Positions 63,495 to 64,000 of a DNA stretch of 64,000 bases are shown here, piece by piece. The DNA is from Candidatus Tidjanibacter faecipullorum (GTDB taxonomy: Bacteria; Bacteroidota; Bacteroidia; Bacteroidales; Rikenellaceae). A model generated the notes under the pieces. That model was not told the DNA's origin, did no database searches, and worked only from the letters and a program-made list of their open reading frames with translations. Both the position numbers and the translations under genes were made by a program. Position 1 is the stretch's first letter; each line of letters opens with the position of its first letter. The DNA lies in NCBI GenBank assembly GCA_019116245.1, contig DXCC01000004.1, positions 152,950 through 216,949 on the forward strand, written 5' to 3'.

Positions 63495-64000
63495 ATGCAA
63501 CTGCCAGAAGATGCCATCCGCTCCATTGACGTGCGCAGCGTGATGACCAAATCCTCGCTCCCCGTCGGAGGCTACTCCGTCAACCCCTATGTGGGATGCC
63601 CCCACGCCTGCAAATATTGCTACGCCTCGTTCATGAAACGCTTCACGGGCCACACCGAGCCGTGGGGCTCCTTCCTCGACGTCAAACACTGGCCCCCCAT
63701 CGGCAATCCCCACCGCTACGACGGCGAACGGATCGTGATCGGCTCCGTCACGGACGGCTACAACCCCTACGAGGAACAGTTCCGGCGCACCCGCCGGCTG
63801 CTCGAGGAGTTGCAGGGCAGCCGGGCCGAACTGATGATCTGCACCAAGTCGGACCTCGTGCTGCGCGACCTCGACCTGCTGCGCACCTTTCCCCGGGTGA
63901 CGGTCTCCTGGTCGGTCAATACGCTCGACGAAGCCTTCCGTGCCGACATGGATCAGGCCGTGAGCATCGAACGGCGCCTGACCGCCATGCAGCGCGTCTA
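63495..64000 (+). CDS. Radical SAM protein, SplB/'DNA repair photolyase'-like (partial, runs off the window)
   Basis: Not in the ORF track because there is no stop in the window. Hand translation from ATG 63495: MQLPEDAIRSIDVRSVMTKSSLPVGGYSVNPYVGCPHACKYCYASFMKRFTGHTEPWGSFLDVK..., with a CX3CX2C motif (CPHACKYC). Confidence 0.7.
   Translation, partial: MQLPEDAIRSIDVRSVMTKSSLPVGGYSVNPYVGCPHACKYCYASFMKRFTGHTEPWGSFLDVKHWPPIGNPHRYDGERIVIGSVTDGYNPYEEQFRRTRRLLEELQGSRAELMICTKSDLVLRDLDLLRTFPRVTVSWSVNTLDEAFRADMDQAVSIERRLTAMQRV

Noticed and set aside
1-64000. CRISPR arrays, tandem repeat arrays, IS elements, prophage, toxin-antitoxin or known defence genes.
   Set aside because: Reading both strands, I found no regularly spaced repeats, no cas, transposase, integrase or phage-structural signatures, and no small paired ORFs of TA type. 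The only repeats found are the ~195-nt pair at 13386/14105 and short operator-like or terminator hairpins.

Overview
This is a GC-rich (about 60% G+C, estimated by eye) bacterial chromosomal segment. I assign it to Bacteroidota, probably a Rikenellaceae/Alistipes-like organism. That assignment is an inference from four things: exact TAnnTTTG '-7' promoter boxes in front of about 24 transcription units, BACON-domain lipoproteins, DUF3078/DUF4491/DUF2023-type families, and a fused MurF-Alr.

The window holds about 57 intact protein genes and two tRNA-Glu genes, and almost all of it is core housekeeping:
- Envelope: murF/alr, amidase, MlaD-family, lptD-like, psd, cdsA, glmS.
- Translation: rplU-rpmA, rpsT, prfA, argS, ffh, rsfS, hflX, dusB.
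- DNA repair: mutS2, nfo, a UDG-family gene, DUF1848, an SplB-like radical SAM gene.
- Stress and redox: oxyR, relA/spoT, ftsH, flavodoxin, HxlR-linked flavoproteins.
- Peptidases: dcp, M24, S41, S9.
- One Fe/B12-type ABC importer.

I found no CRISPR array, transposase or integrase, phage genes, toxin-antitoxin pair or recognisable defence system. I cannot honestly point to a convincing new multi-gene system.

The observations that do not fit an ordinary core region are:
1. A small AT-rich islet lies between tRNA-Glu(CUC) and rpmA. It carries a compositionally mosaic Big_2 lipoprotein gene and, directly downstream, a decayed tandem copy (about 96% identical over about 195 nt) of that gene's 5' module.
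2. Two otherwise intact BACON-domain lipoprotein genes are each interrupted by a single in-frame nonsense codon near the 5' end (TAG at 19326, TAA at 17 nt past 45800, i.e. 45817).
3. A tightly coupled DUF1848 (CX3CX2C) and UDG-superfamily gene pair sits next to oxyR.
4. A twin-HxlR, flavoprotein, NTF2 and cupin cluster carries an operator-like repeat.

The very long ORFs antisense to real genes (up to 2460 codons) are GC-composition artefacts. All calls come from reading the supplied translations, motifs and raw sequence by eye; no searches or computations were run. Several start codons were moved from the ORF-track start to the first plausible ATG.
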